From Catajapyx aquilonaris (Eukaryota): 64,000 nucleotides of DNA. The translations under genes and the position numbers were made by a program. This document shows, in pieces, positions 63,418 to 64,000 of the stretch; position 1 is the stretch's first letter, and each line of letters opens with the position of its first letter. The stretch lies in NCBI GenBank assembly GCA_000934665.2, contig KZ538267.1, positions 1-64,000 of the forward strand, in the 5' to 3' direction. Under the pieces are notes generated by a model. That model was not told the DNA's origin and did no database searches. It was given only the letters and a program-made list of their open reading frames with translations.

Positions 63418-64000
63418 ATAAGTTTTTAGACTAATTAAGGAGACTGTAACACCAATTACGAAGAGATTAGCCAAATGCTATTCATTGTCTACTAATTGTT
63501 GGCAAACCTGATTAATTAATTTTTTTTGGTCCGAACTTTATTTGCTACTCTTTTTTTTGCTGTGCTATCAATTAAAATATCCTCGTCAGCTCCTTTCCTA
63601 GTGGGGCCATAATGAATTGGGAAAATATCTCAAGTCCGCAAAGCTTTTTCTTGGGCATGTCCGGACGGCTGTTGCCACCAGCAGCTGACTCTTCCCCAAG
63701 TCCTGGCCGCAGGAAAACCGGGGGGAGGGAAGTGGGTGAGGGAGGGAGGGGGGGTGTGCTCTGTTTATCCAATTATTCCCCATACCCGGTTAAATTAGAG
63801 TTAACCAACTCGCTTACCCACAGCACATCTCTATCCGGCTTAATTAAGCGGATCGGAATTCTCACGCTAATAACGGGGGGAGGTTGGGTGGAGAGCAGGG
63901 ACATGGGGAGAGGAGGAGAGAGAGAGGGGGGGGGGGCAACAGGATAGTAATTTCCAAGCACTGCCAATGTAATCTGCTCCCAGAGTACATCCCACTCCAG

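Overview
Eukaryotic genomic DNA, probably from an arthropod or other invertebrate (short GT-AG introns, TATA boxes, AATAAA signals, microsatellites, N-gaps in poly-G tracts). Most of the ORF track is noise. Manual splicing recovers five compact secreted-protein genes. Two are paralogous 4-exon minus-strand genes about 48 kb apart (3590-4818 and 52859-54042), each encoding signal peptide + acidic spacer + Trp/Pro/Thr(Ser) tandem-repeat stalk + C-terminal CUB-like domain. Between them lies a plus-strand cluster of three 2-exon genes (20221-23310) for ~50-60 aa mature peptides with one chitin-binding type-2 (CBM14/peritrophin-A)-like domain: two lack the C2/C6 cysteine pair and one carries two extra cysteines. 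The rest is long non-coding DNA with small non-autonomous transposons: two Helitrons, four copies of a DINE-1/HINE-like family (one folded into a palindrome), TA-flanked Tc1/mariner-type MITEs, and an RTE-like short retroposon with a 9-bp TSD nested in one MITE. No rRNA, tRNA, CRISPR or prokaryotic genes were seen. All domain and family assignments come from motif recognition by eye, not database searches.
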